Positions 1 through 11,545 of a stretch of 64,000 nucleotides of DNA are shown piece by piece. This stretch comes from Hypanus sabinus (lineage: Eukaryota): positions 108,004,001-108,068,000 of the forward strand of contig NC_082718.1 of assembly GCF_030144855.1 (NCBI RefSeq), given 5' to 3'. Position 1 is the stretch's first letter, and every line of letters begins with the position of its first letter. The translations under genes and the position numbers were made by a program. The notes beneath the pieces are model-generated. The model was given only the letters and a program-made list of their open reading frames with translations, searched no databases and was not told the DNA's origin.

Positions 1-66
1 GATGGACAGAGCATACAGGTGGTTCAACATGACGTGGTTTGGCTCTGGAAGCAAGGCAGGATCACA
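1..66 (-). CDS. PRKAB1: AMPK beta-1 coding exon 6 (truncated by window edge): CDPALLPEPNHVMLNHLYALSI
   Basis: Acceptor ctcttgctcttag|TGT at 67-68; translation matches the conserved alpha/gamma-binding C-terminal domain of AMPK beta; phase 0 matches the preceding exon. Confidence 0.97.
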
Positions 67-116
67 CTAAGAGCAAGAGCAAACACACCAGGATCAGAAT
101 GAGACCCTCTCTGTAC

Positions 117-500
117 AGAACATGGAACAGTACAGGCCCTTCGGCCAATCCTCCCAACAACTTCAACACCAAATTTCTCGCAAATTTCTTTCATCCAAGT
201 GCCTAAGAGTCTGATAGAATACCCTGAATGTATCTGCCTCTACCACCACCTGGTCAGCATATTCCACACCCGCTACTCTGTGTAAAAAACCTCCCACTGA
301 CAGCCATCCTACCTATACTTTCCTCCAACCACATTAAAATTATGCCCTCTTGTATTAGCCATTTCTGTCCTGGGAAAAACATTGGTTGTCCATTCTATCT
401 ATGCCTCTTAGCATCTCATACACCTCTATCAAGTCACCGCTCACGCTCCTTCATTCCAAACAGAAACGCCTCAGTAATGCTTTTTAATTTCAGCCTCTTA
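117..500 (-). mobile_element. CR1 LINE 3' fragment (decayed)
   Basis: Reverse complement of the CR1 ORF2 C-terminus and 3' UTR (gatagaggtgtatgagatgctaagaggcatagatag...). Confidence 0.75.
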
Positions 501-1586
501 TGACCGAGAGTTACTGGAGACTTGCACGGGGTTATCATTCTGCAGCATTGCACAACCCAGTGTGTCGCTACGATGTTGAGGTTCTCAGCCGACTTCAGGG
601 GTGCATTGGTTAAGCAGTAGGAGAGGGAGAAGGTCATCCACTGCATTCTGGGCTAACAAATTAATTGAGTGAGAAAATGAAGACAAGTTTGCTGTTTTTA
701 ACAGATCAAGAATCCATTGAGTATCAGCTTTTAAAATAAAAAAATGGGTTTTTGCAAAGTTACTGGTTAGGATGGTGACTATGTGTAAGTGGTACAACAA
801 AAATATTCAAGGACATCTTTGCATGCTTAGAAGCAGAATGATACATACAAACACTTAACGAACAGACTGTCATAGGATAATAACCTGTATGGCTACTCAA
901 TTCATATGCATCAAAACCAGTGCCCAGTCTCACGACATTGGGCAATTGATAATCACACAGCACTGGACATGTGTAGTATTCCACAGTATGTACATTGCAC
1001 CAGCTAAAAAGAAAAACATCTTGTGTACAGAACTAGGCACACATACACAATATAAAAGTGACGATAATAAATCAAAAACAGTACCAGAAGTCAGGGACAA
1101 ATACAAACTCATCTACTCAGAAAGTGAAAAAACATGCTTTAAAACCACCCAGTTTATTTATCTGCTATAAAGCACTGGCATCCTCATGTCTGTGATTCTA
1201 TACTGATCATCTGAATGACAGTACCAACAGCAGCCCACCAGCTAAGAGTTTCCTCACCCGGTGAAAGGCAGCCAGAAGCACAGAGTTATTGTCCTTCTTT
1301 GTGAATGTGGTGACCCACAAAGAGAACTCAGATCTTCTCAAATCCGGGTTGTCCCAAGGACACCAGTACACATCCCACTGTGTGTCTGCAGGCAGCACCT
1401 CCACAAGTTCATCACAGGCACAGGCATGCACTGGATCATCACACAGATTCTGAACAGCTCTCAGTATCCCAATGAAAAGCTGACTCATCAAATATTGATC
1501 ATTCAGCTCCCAGTAAGCTAAACCTCATAAAGGCCAGTTGTATCATGTCATTGCAAATCACAGAAAAAGCAATGGCTTGAACTCAC

Positions 1587-1720
1587 TGAGATGCCCGTGT
1601 CCTTGTTCAGGATGACCTGGAGCAGGTGTGGCGGCAGAATAGGTGGCGTTTTAATTCTCTCCTCTGGCTTGTACACATATGGATCCTGATGATACGGGCC
1701 AGGGGGAGAGCTTGACAGAT
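1587..1720 (-). CDS. PRKAB1: AMPK beta-1 coding exon 5: (D)LSSSPPGPYHQDPYVYKPEERIKTPPILPPHLLQVILNKDTGIS
   Basis: ctttcttag| acceptor, |gtgagt donor, 134 nt, phase 1 in and 0 out; contains the Ser182-equivalent SSSPPGP motif. Confidence 0.97.
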
Positions 1721-2334
1721 CTAAGAAAGATTAATCATCCTGATTAACCCTACTTTGAGATTAATAACAGAAGCCGTGACGGTAGCTAAAATGTTTAATG
1801 TAAACAAGGGTAGTAGCAGCAAAACTGATCAATGAGAAAAAGGGGCAGGAATTCACGAAATGAGTATGAGATCGTTTTCATTAATGCATTTCTAGCTCAA
1901 AGTGGATGTGCGAAAATTTATTTTATTAATAAAAAAGGCAAATAACCTAGAAAGGACAACATTAAAAGGAGTTGAGGAGAGCCTGCCAGGTGCTCAGTAG
2001 GCCTTAACTGGAGCAATGGGTTCAGTTTAGAGTCACTGGCAGCAGCTCTACAAGTATGCCACTTTGGGAATAGTTAGAGCTTTGGAGTAGGTAAAGGAAC
2101 AAGTTACCAGAACATGTAGGAATTAGGTTACGCGGAGAGGGCATATCCTCAGAGTACAGAATGTTCAGAGGAGATTTAATTTTACTACAGGCAGAAATGT
2201 TGGGAGCCAGACGGATACTAAATTATGAACTCACTGGCTCTTCTGCCAACCACCTTGAGGCAGCAGTTTTAAAAACACAGTAATTTTTAAAACAGAGTTT
2301 TAAAAACTCCAGAACTGATCATCTGTTATTTGTG

Positions 2335-3144
2335 AAGTGGGGTGCCGTGCACAATCATAATCGATTGAAAATGGACGTGGAAGCACGGAGAAACATCGGG
2401 AAATTCCAGGAAGACCTTTTTCGTTGCTGCTGCTGCTGCTGTGAGGTCCGGGACTCTGCTGGGAAGAACAGGCCCCCAGTCCTCGGGGTCGTGTTGCCGA
2501 TGTTCGTTGGTGGGGCCGTCTTAATACGCTCGGCAGAGGATGGTGCTCAGAGAAGCTGTGCCGGAGGGGATGGTCGTTGGCTCGGAGGTTCGACGGACTC
2601 AGGTCACTTTTGGTGTGTGCTGCGTCTGCGAGGCTGAGTCAGGCGGCGCTTTGGAAGTCCATAGCGGGGGTACTCCCTTCTGCCGCCGGCGTGGGATTGC
2701 GACTCTGTCGGGACCCTGGGGACTTGTGGAAACTGTGGTGATTTCTTTTGAACTTACAGTCCTTTAACATCTTGGACTATTTTTACTGTGCCCATAGTCT
2801 GTTTTTTTTTATCAATTATGCTATTGTTTGCACTGTTGTAACTATATGTTGTAATTATATGATTTTGTGCAGGTCTTGTAGCTTTAGTTTTTGGTCTTGT
2901 TTTTAATTTTTGTCTGGTGGGTTTGGAGCTCCTTTCCGGGGAACGCGCTAGATGGTAGCGCGATATTAATATGCAGCAGCCTCTCCGGACTCTGGATTGG
3001 GGATTGCCAAACGTTATGTGGATTTTCTGGTGTAGTCTGTTTTGTCATGTGCTTATGTGATATCATTCTGGAGGAACGTTGTCTCATTTTTTAACTGCAT
3101 TGCATTTGTGGTTTCTAAATGACAATAAACTGAATCTGAATCTG
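2335..3144 (+). mobile_element. Young non-autonomous retroelement (LINE-tail type) with AATAAA and (TGAATC)n tail
   Basis: CpG-rich body, ends gacaataaactgaatctgaatctg; 7-bp direct repeat atttgtg at 2328-2334 and 3145-3151. Confidence 0.7.
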
Positions 3145-3314
3145 ATTTGTGTTGACCAATTACAAAAAGGGCAATAGAAACAGATTCAAGAGGATGGAAA
3201 CAGAATAAATGAAGACCAAGTGGTGACAGAGCAGGCATGTTGAATTCATTGCATAGCCTTAGCAAACAGCCAGCAAGGAGCTACAGGCTGAGTTCCTCCT
3301 CCTCCTCTCATAAG

Positions 3315-3780
3315 GGGAGCACGTCTTATGAGAACAGGTTGAGTGAACTTGGCCTTTTCTCCTTGGAGCAACAGTGGATGAGAGGTGACCTGATAGAGGA
3401 GTGTAAGATGATGAGAGGCATTGATCGTGTAGATAGTCTGAGGCTTTTTCCCAGGGCTGAAACAGTTGCCACATGAGGACACAGGTTTAAGGTGCTGGGG
3501 AATAGGTACAGAGGAGATGTCAGGGGTAAGTTTTTTTTGAGTGGTGAGTGTGTGGAAAGGGCTGCCAGCAATGGTGGTGGAGGCGGAAATGATGGGGTCT
3601 TTTAAGACAGTGGCCTGGTGGTTGGGGACCACTGTTTTAAGTGGCATTTAGATAGGTACATGGAGCTTAGTAAAATAGAGGGCTATAGGTAAGCCTAGTA
3701 ATTTCTATGGTAGGGACATGTTCAGCTCAACTTTGTGGGCTGAAGGGCCTGCATTATGCTGTATGTTTTCTGTTTCTATG
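3315..3780 (+). mobile_element. CR1 LINE 3' fragment
   Basis: SYENRLSELGLFSLEQQWMRGDLIE motif, CR1 3' UTR and (TTTCTATG)-type tail. Confidence 0.85.
3608..3634. mobile_element. 27-bp hAT (Buster/Charlie-type) mini-remnant inserted in the CR1 fragment
   Basis: CAGTGG...GTTGGGGACCACTG ends; 8-bp flanks ttttaaga (3600-3607) and ttttaagt (3635-3642). Confidence 0.65.
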
Positions 3781-3849
3781 TCACCCTAACATTACATGTG
3801 GCACTTTTTCAAGTCTCATCACAATTCAGCTCTCACACCTCCGACTCAC

Positions 3850-3964
3850 CTGACATGTCTGAACATTTCTGCGAATCCACCATCAATGCATCAAACACTT
3901 CGAAGTCCGTCTGCCGCACCTGAATGACATTGTTGATCGTGCCGAGCTGGCTGGTGGTGGTGGG
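3850..3964 (-). CDS. PRKAB1: AMPK beta-1 coding exon 4: PTTTSQLGTINNVIQVRQTDFEVFDALMVDSQKCSDMS
   Basis: gtctctacag| acceptor, G|gtgagt donor, 115 nt; end of the carbohydrate-binding module. Confidence 0.97.
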
Positions 3965-6059
3965 CTGTAGAGACAGCACATTTCAAAACTTACACATCAA
4001 ACCACAATGTGCAAGCTGCAAACCCTTTAGCACCAATGTCTCTCCAATGCTTCAGTTCACCATCCTTGTGTCGTATTTGACCCAGTATACCCGAGACAAA
4101 ACTTATTACTGGTTTCTGTCCCTGTAACATCCCTCAACCCGGGCAGAATGCACCCAGTTTGGAAACCTCCATCGTGCCTCCTGAGCCTATCCACCACCAG
4201 CCCAACAAATCACACCATCCCCTTTACTCACAAGCCTGGTTTTGGCTGACCTACCTGCCTCCAGTTAAAGTCTGATTGTAAAATTATCTCATTTTCAAAT
4301 TGCTGGGGTGGGGGGGGAGGATTATCTCCTAGGGGTGGTGTTCCCCGCACTTTTGAAGCCCTTGTCTGAACTGGTAGAGATGGTGGGTTTGGAAGGTGTT
4401 GGTCTACTGAGTTGCTGCCATGTAACCTATGGACAGGACAGACTGCTGCTAATGTGTGTTGGTGCAGAAATGAGCAACAGTTGTGGATGGGCTGCTTTAT
4501 CAATGTCCTTATCTAAATTCGAGCTTCTTAAGTATTGTTCAAGCTGCATTCAATCCAGGCAAGGAGAGTATTCCACTAATCTGGTGGATGCCAGACAGGC
4601 ATTGGTATGTAGGGGAGTTACCCACTGCAGGATTCCTAGCCTCTGACCTGCTCTTGCAGCTACATTATGTATTTGGCTACTCTAGTTCCGTTTCTGGACA
4701 GTGTATTATTAGAGGGGATTTCAGGAAATGCCATGGAATGTCAGGGGGTTGGATTTTCTTTTTTTGGATATAGTCATTGCTTGACACTTGTGTAATGCAA
4801 ATGTTACTAGTCTGCTATCAGCCCAGGCCTAGATACTGGCCAAGTCTTGCTTCATTTGGATATGGACTTAATAAACTTCATTATCTGAGTAGGTGGGAAT
4901 ACAGAAGGTTTCCTCTTTGATCCCCATTGACTCACATTTAGCTGCCATACTTAATCAAATATGGCCTTGATGTCACAGGTGTTTCCTTACTTCACCTGCA
5001 GAGTTCCACTCTCTTATCCATGTTTGCACCATAACTGTGAAATGGTCAAGAGCTGAGTGGCTTTGGCAGAAAACAAATCAAGCTTCTGTGAGCAGGCTGT
5101 TGCTGACTGAATGTAGTACTGATTACCCCTTCCATCCTTCGCTGATGAGAACAGACTAACGGAGTGGTAATCGTGCTTCTGGAGGGACACCCTCCCACAG
5201 CATCAGGTGGTTGCCAGAACAGCCGGCCAAGGATAAAATATGCAGGCAATTTTGCTTTGATCAATGGTCTCCACACAAAGCTAATTATATGTGATAAGGA
5301 CCTGAAATTAAGTTCAAGCATTCTGTAAGAAAAATAACGAGCAAGACTTGGAACTACAGTAGTTTTCTGGCGCAGCCTACTGCGAGACTGAGTTTCCTAG
5401 ACTCTATCCATATAAGATATAAAATTCAAGGGTGGCAGTGTGGAGCAATTCTGAAGATTCTCCATGCCACAAAAATGGACCATGAATCAAAGTATGTATA
5501 TCATACATAACCTTGGGAATCATTTTCTTGTAGGCACTCACAGGAAAACAGAACCATAGAGAATCCACAAAAAACACACACTACAAAAACTGAAACTGGA
5601 AGAGACAGCCATGGCGAACTTGAAGCCAGTTTGAAGTTTCAAGGCCCCAGAGCAGAAAACAAGCCAGAGTTCAGCCCCACCACTCCGTGCCAGCCAGGAT
5701 CTCCCACCCGAGTCTGTCCAGTGTACCTGTGTTTGACCTTTCTCCCTCTCTTGTCGCTACTGCCATCAGAGAGAAGTGCCGGGGTCCTGCAAGCTGTGCC
5801 GCCAGGTTCCGTAGCAGTTGTTGTGCCCCTGGACTAACTTCACTCGCCTCAGTGCTGAAGTGACTCAGCAGCCCATGGACCCCCCCACCTTCAGGGATTC
5901 GGGAACCCTCGGACTGCCCCTTGGGGACTTGGCAGCTCACATTCTCAGTATTACTTGTTTGCATTGTATCATTTGGACAATCTGTTCCCTTTGCACATCA
6001 GACTTTAGTCTTTCTTGTTATAGTGTGGTGTTTCGTGGATTCTATATTTTCGATTTTGA

Positions 6060-6285
6060 GATACAATACAGTAACAGGCCCTTCTGGCCCAATAAGTCTG
6101 CTCCGCCCAGTTATACACGTGAGCAATTAACCCACTAACCCATACATCTTTGGGAGGTGGGAAGAAACTGGAGTACCTGGGGGAAACCCAGGCACTCATG
6201 AGGAGAATGTACAAACTCTGTACAGAGAGCAACCCGTGTCGCCAGCACTGAATAGCTTTATGCTAACTGCTACACTCTTGTGCTG
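6060..6285 (-). mobile_element. tRNA-derived V-SINE-like element
   Basis: Reverse complement contains the V-domain-like tgggtttcccccaggtactccagtttcttcccacctcccaaaga. Confidence 0.7.
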
Positions 6286-6463
6286 CTACCGAGTTTCATT
6301 GTTTTTCCCGCAAGGAAGTGAATCTCAAGGTTCTAAATGACACACAAACTTTGACAATAAATGAACGTTGAACAGTGCCTATAACATTGCCAATCACAAC
6401 GTGTACCAGTTCCCACATATCCTGGCTCCCTTTCATTAATTACAGAACACAACCATCTCATAC

Positions 6464-6557
6464 CTCTGATGTATCGTGAGTCCACTGACCATCCACATAG
6501 AACTTGTACTGATGCTCACCCTCGGGGAGATCCAGAATTGCCACAAAGTTGTTCTGA
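6464..6557 (-). CDS. PRKAB1: AMPK beta-1 coding exon 3: (S)QNNFVAILDLPEGEHQYKFYVDGQWTHDTSE
   Basis: ccttctacag| acceptor, GAG|gtatga donor, 94 nt; core of the carbohydrate-binding module; the Ser108-equivalent codon is split across the intron. Confidence 0.97.
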
Positions 6558-6814
6558 CTGTAGAAGGCAAGGGAGAGGAGTAAGTAAGCTCATGAAATGA
6601 GATGTGGCTGATGCTGCTGAGTCAGTTCATAATGTCCCTGGGCAGAAGGCAGCATTAGATGGGCAGTTGTAGGTGGTGTTCCTGTCTCACAGTTCAACTC
6701 TCACCTCTTGTGTTGCATGCATGGTGTTTACATGCTTTTCTCTGTGAGCACACTAACTTGTCCCAGATGATTCATTTTCCCACCCTCACATCTCAAAGAT
6801 GTGGTGGCCATTTA

Positions 6815-7280
6815 GACAATAGACAGTAGGTGCAGGAGTAGGCCATTCAGCCCTTCTAGCCAGCACCGCCATTCACTGTGATCATGGCTGATCATACACA
6901 ATCAGTACCCCGTTCCTGCCCTCTCCCCATATCCCTTGACCCCGCTATCTATAAGAGCTCTATCTAACTCTCTCTTGAATGCACCAAGAGACTTGGCCTC
7001 CACTGCCTTCTGGGGCAGAGCATTCCACATATCCACCACTCTCTGGGTGAAAAAGTTTTTCTGCATCTCTGTTCTAAATGGCCTATCCCTTATTCTTAAA
7101 CTGTGGCCTCTAGTTCTGGACTCACCCATCAGCGGGAACATGCTCCCTGCCTCCAGCGTGTCCAATCCCTTAATAATCTTATATGTTTCAATCAGATCCC
7201 CTCTCATCCTTCTAACTTCCAGTGTATACAAGCCCAGTCGCTCCAATCTGTCAACATATGACAGTCCTGCCATTCCGGGA
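6815..7280 (-). mobile_element. Young CR1 LINE 3' fragment, similar family to the 20.8-23.9 kb copy
   Basis: Intact ORF2 C-terminus MAGLSYVDRLERLGLYTLE...GYGERAGTGY; (TATTGTC)-type tail. Confidence 0.9.
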
Positions 7281-8177
7281 ATTTGGTTAATTGGCTACTG
7301 TAAATTTCTGTCATGAACTTTAATGGGCTCATGAGACAGAATGGGCTACAAGGAAATAAGTAGGGAAATGAGGTTTAGGGGATTGCTCCAAGAGCCAGCA
7401 TAGATTCATCAGGCCAAATGGCTTCCTTCCACACCATGTAGAAATATGAAGCTTGTTAAACGGTCTTGTGCAGCTAAACCTGGAACCAAAAGCAACTAGA
7501 AAGGAAATAATTGTCTGGCACCCTGATTGCAGTTGAGTATGGAATGCACCAAATGGTGAAATTGATGGCATACTGTGAGATATTTGTACTCCTCCTCCAG
7601 TGGGAGTTCAACAAAACCCTTGGAAAACAATCAACACACTCACGTGTAGCTCCTAAGATTTCTCATTGGTTCCCTGTCAAACTTGTATCAGAAAGTCAAA
7701 GAGCCCATGGAAATGATTATATTGCACATCAGGTTTGTGCTGCAGTTATCATGATAACTGCTCAGGAACTACTGTCCTTGTTTCCAAAAAGATCATCTAT
7801 CTATCATTGCAATTAAATATAACTCTCTTTATCACAGTGGTCGAACCTAATGCTACAACTCCCCATTGTGATTATTATGAAGCATCACTACCTAGTTCAG
7901 GTACTCCTGTGCCAATGATTAGATAAGCAATACAACGTTACTGGACCCATTATCATAAATATAAATGAAAACTATTCTTGCATCAGTATGCACTTACTAA
8001 ACCTCTGAATTATGTCTTCCTACATAGACATACTACTCCAATTCAAGTCTGGTCTTCCTGTAAAGAGTGTTTGTCATTTGTCTCGCACCCACAGCAGGTC
8101 TCCAGTAATCATCATGGAGGGCAGCCCGCACTCCTGTCAAACTTATGAGGAGGGGTTTGGGCTTCAGGGAGACCTAC

Positions 8178-8347
8178 CTTCTGGTCAGTGGGATTTTGTT
8201 GGTCCAACCATTGAAGGATCCAGAGATAAAAACTTCCTTCCCACCCCCTTTCCATCGAAACACAGTCGGGCGAGCCTGCTTGGAAATTTTGTCAGTCACT
8301 TCCAGGTCGTGTTGCCAGGCAAGGTACTCATCCTTCTCCATCGGGCC
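8178..8347 (-). CDS. PRKAB1: AMPK beta-1 coding exon 2: GPMEKDEYLAWQHDLEVTDKISKQARPTVFRWKGGGKEVFISGSFNGWTNKIPLTR
   Basis: ttctgccttcaag| acceptor, AG|gtaggt donor, 170 nt; ARPTVFRW/SGSFN motif typical of AMPK beta. Confidence 0.97.
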
Positions 8348-10001
8348 CTTGAAGGCAGAAGAAAACTCTGAAAATGAACCCAATCACTGGCCGATTTAAA
8401 ACTCAACTTTCTTAACTACATTTCATCTGCAGGTAAAGCAACCCAGGAACAGCTGACTTACAAACAAATGACTAATCTGCTTGAGTAGAGCAGTCGGAGC
8501 AGACCTGCATGGAACTTAGTGAAGTCCGTTAGGCAGAGTCTCAGTACAGTCTTGTGACAAACTGAGACCTTTGCAAAATGACTTTCTTCTACTCTGCTTC
8601 TTCCTTCCATACAGAACAACTGACAACTATAGCCCTGTGGTTACAGCATCAGGGAGTTCCTGGCTGGGATCTACATCAGCACACCAGTCCCAATGAATGA
8701 CGCCCCCCCCAAACATCTTTTAGGGAAATCTCTGGAAAACCCAGATGCTGTTGCAGCAGGCAACTTACAATGTTTTAACTTTTCTGAACATGCGCAGGTG
8801 ATTTGTTAACCCCTTTGTGCTTGGAGTATGTGCAAAGGATCTCAAGGGTGTAGCAATTCCCTGCCACATACAGTTTGGAATCTGCATAAACCACCTGGCT
8901 AGTTTAAAACTGGTACAGAAACAGCAATACCATTGATTTTAATGATGGGGATTACATGCTATAAATTAAAATTTAACAGGCATAATAGTTTCTTATTGCA
9001 AGAACATTTATTGTATTTGGGCAGCAATGGTAACCCAAGGTATGAAAACACAACAGAAGAAAAGACTGCTCAGTGGGAGGGGCGGCAGATCAGTAAAGAG
9101 TGGAAGAGAAAAGGACAGAGGTATGTTTCAGTTACTGTCACTTTTCTGATGCTGTGATCCAGGACGTTGTAAAAGGGAGTGCGAAACATTCAAACATTCC
9201 AGAAAACAACATGTTCAGAGAGGATAAGCAGAAAGCCAAATGAAATGATTAAGGAAGAACTGACTAAGGGAGGAGAAAGAAGTTGTCATCAAAAGGTTAA
9301 AGATGGAATTCACCTACTTAGAATTAAACAGCAACTGAGGCCGCATTACATTATTGTGCGTGTCTATAGACAACCTCATAATGGGGCAGTGATAAAGATA
9401 ATCCACAAAGAAGCTAGAAGGATGCAAAGCAAGTTCCTCTCACAGAGGGTAATGAACCTAATTTTCTATCCTGGAGGGTCGCAGAGGCTACATCACTGGA
9501 GGGATTGAAAGAGATGGATATGGTTTTGAATTGGCACAGGAGAGAAGTTGATGCCAGGGTAGATCAGTCAGGGAAAAATTACAGAGCAGCTCTGAAGGAT
9601 TGAGTGGTCCACTCTTACTTCTTCTGTTCTTTGGACAACCATTCATTAATCAACAGGGCCGAGGTAGAACCAGGAACATTCCTGCTCTCTGATTCAACAC
9701 TGTCCAATCCTCCAGCAGCCCTCTGCATCTACAGACAACTGGAAGATTATGGCTGGTGCTTTGCCGGATTCCAACCCCCAGCTATCTCTGCTACCTGGCT
9801 CAGCTTTGGGACAAATACAAACACTGCCTGTGTCTAACTCCTGAGGTTGCTCAGGTCCTGCTGGTTTTGCTCCCTGTCACTTCCTACCAACGGCACTCTT
9901 CGAGAGTTGGAGGAAGGCAATTATCCTCTGCAAAATAGTTTCGTGGGCAAAGCAGGGAGCACGGAGAAAATATTAAAAATCCTTTGTGGAGATACCAGTA
10001 C

Positions 10002-10169
10002 TTTGATCTCCTCAGCATGAAAGATGTCTGAATCTTCTGGACTGTCCATCAAAATCTTGGGACGGTCGTGCTCTTTGGTATGAATAGCGCTGCCAGTGCT
10101 GTCTCTTCGGGAGGCTTTGTGACCCCCATGGCGCTCTAGCGCCGCACGCTCGCTGTTGGTGTTGCCCAT
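10002..10169 (-). CDS. PRKAB1: AMPK beta-1 coding exon 1: MGNTNSERAALERHGGHKASRRDSTGSAIHTKEHDRPKILMDSPEDSDIFHAEEIK
   Basis: ATG at 10169; Gly2 myristoylation motif; ERAALERHGGHK..RRDS and RPKILMDSPED are beta-1 diagnostic; donor AAA|gtactg (alternative in-frame donor CTG|gtatct 6 nt further); upstream acceptor tttgtttag| puts the exon start at 10192. Confidence 0.95.
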
Positions 10170-10249
10170 CCTTTGAAGCTCAGTAAAACCCACTAAACAA
10201 ATACAATGGGCAAAGAGGTCAGTCAATGGGAGAAGAAGCAAGGTTGGGG

Positions 10250-10730
10250 GGAGTATAGGTCGGGAGATGGAGCCGGGTGACGGGGCGGGGAAGAATTGGG
10301 GAATGGAGGGACGGACTAGGTGCGGGTGAAGAGACCGAGCCAGTGGGAGGGGTGAGGGAGGTGGAGTGGATATTTTGGTACTGCGGGCTGGGAGAGGGTG
10401 ACGGGAGCGCCGGTCGCACAGGCCGGGCCGGGCCGTCCCGTCCCAATAAACGGGCAAGGGCGGAGCCCCAGCCTCCCCACAGGCCGTCCGGCGTGAACGT
10501 TACGAGCTCCGGATTACGATTCACCCCGTGTTCCGAATCGCCGCCGCCGCCGCCGCCGCCCGGACGCGACTCACCCACCGACGCTTTGATCCCTTCTTCC
10601 TCCGGTCAATGTTCACCGACACACCGCTCTTCCTATCCACCAATCAAATGCCACCCAACCGGTCCCACCAACTACGCGCTCCCGGGGACAGTGAACGCTG
10701 ATGAGCTGGAGCAGGATTCCGGAGCCCGAC
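10250..10730. promoter_or_regulatory. CpG-island promoter of PRKAB1 with CCAAT box (CCAATCA 10640-10646), GC boxes and a (GCC)n tract
   Basis: Local GC/CpG enrichment against an AT-rich background; ggggcgggg near 10281; (gcc)7 near 10540-10560; located at the 5' end of the gene. Confidence 0.8.
10575..10635 (-). other. PRKAB1: Probable non-coding first exon (5' UTR) of PRKAB1; 5' end approximate
   Basis: Strong donor TGG|gtgagt at 10574-10569 inside the CpG island, paired with the acceptor at 10193-10194 upstream of the ATG; no ATG in this segment. Confidence 0.7.
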
Positions 10731-10994
10731 AATGCTATGGATATGTTACTGTAATTATTCATAATGGGAGAGCCCTCATTACAGCAGGGACTCTGAAATA
10801 ACATCATATATTATGTACGTACAACCCTAATCATTTCCTCAGTAATAGTAACACTATGACCACTTTCTCGGAAAATTTATTTGAAATTCGTACATGTAAT
10901 TTTAAATTTTATGCCTCTAATGCTACCGCAAGCAAGTTTGCTTATTACATTTGTGTAGTCACGACCTTCTGCAATTGACAATAAACTCGACCAA

Positions 10995-11545
10995 CTCATC
11001 ATAATTGAAAAATAAATTGGCTTTTGCAAAATACTTAGAATATTGTGTACAGTTTTGGTCAACAACCTATAAAAATGATACCAATAAGACTAAGAGTGTA
11101 AAGAAAATTTACAAAAACATTGCCAGATCTTGTAGACTTAAGCTATTGGTAAAGATTGAATAAGCAAAGACTATATTTCTTAGAGTGTAGGAGAATGAGG
11201 AGAGATTTGATCGAGGTATACAAAATTATGATAGTAAATGTAAGCAGGTTTTTTCCACTAATTTTGGATGCAGCTAGAACTAGAGGTAATAGGTTAAGGG
11301 TGAAAGGTTTGAGGGAAACATGAGGAAACTCTCTTCTATGAGAGGCTGGTGAGAGTGTGGGACGAGCTGCCAGCAAAAATGCTGGATGTGTGTTTGATTT
11401 CAACATTGAAGAGAGATTCCGATATGGATGGGAGGGGTGTGGAAGGCTATGGTCTGGGTGCAAGTCAATGGGACTAGGCAGATAAATAGATTATCACAGA
11501 TTAAATGGGCCAAATAGCCTGTTTCTTTGTTGCAGTGTTCTGACT
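10995..11545 (+). mobile_element. Old CR1 3' fragment
   Basis: tattgtgtacagttttggtc (YCVQFWS) and aggagaatgaggagagatttgatcgaggtatac (RRMRxDLIEVY). Confidence 0.8.

Noticed and set aside
1207-1491. 94-aa minus-strand ORF and several TGATGA (box C-like) motifs in a PRKAB1 intron
   Set aside because: No recognisable protein family, and no convincing terminal stem or C/D pairing for a snoRNA
9921-10801. Extended ORFs over the PRKAB1 5' region (178, 174 and 119 aa)
   Set aside because: Only 10002-10169 is homologous to AMPK beta; the rest is GC-rich intron or promoter read-through
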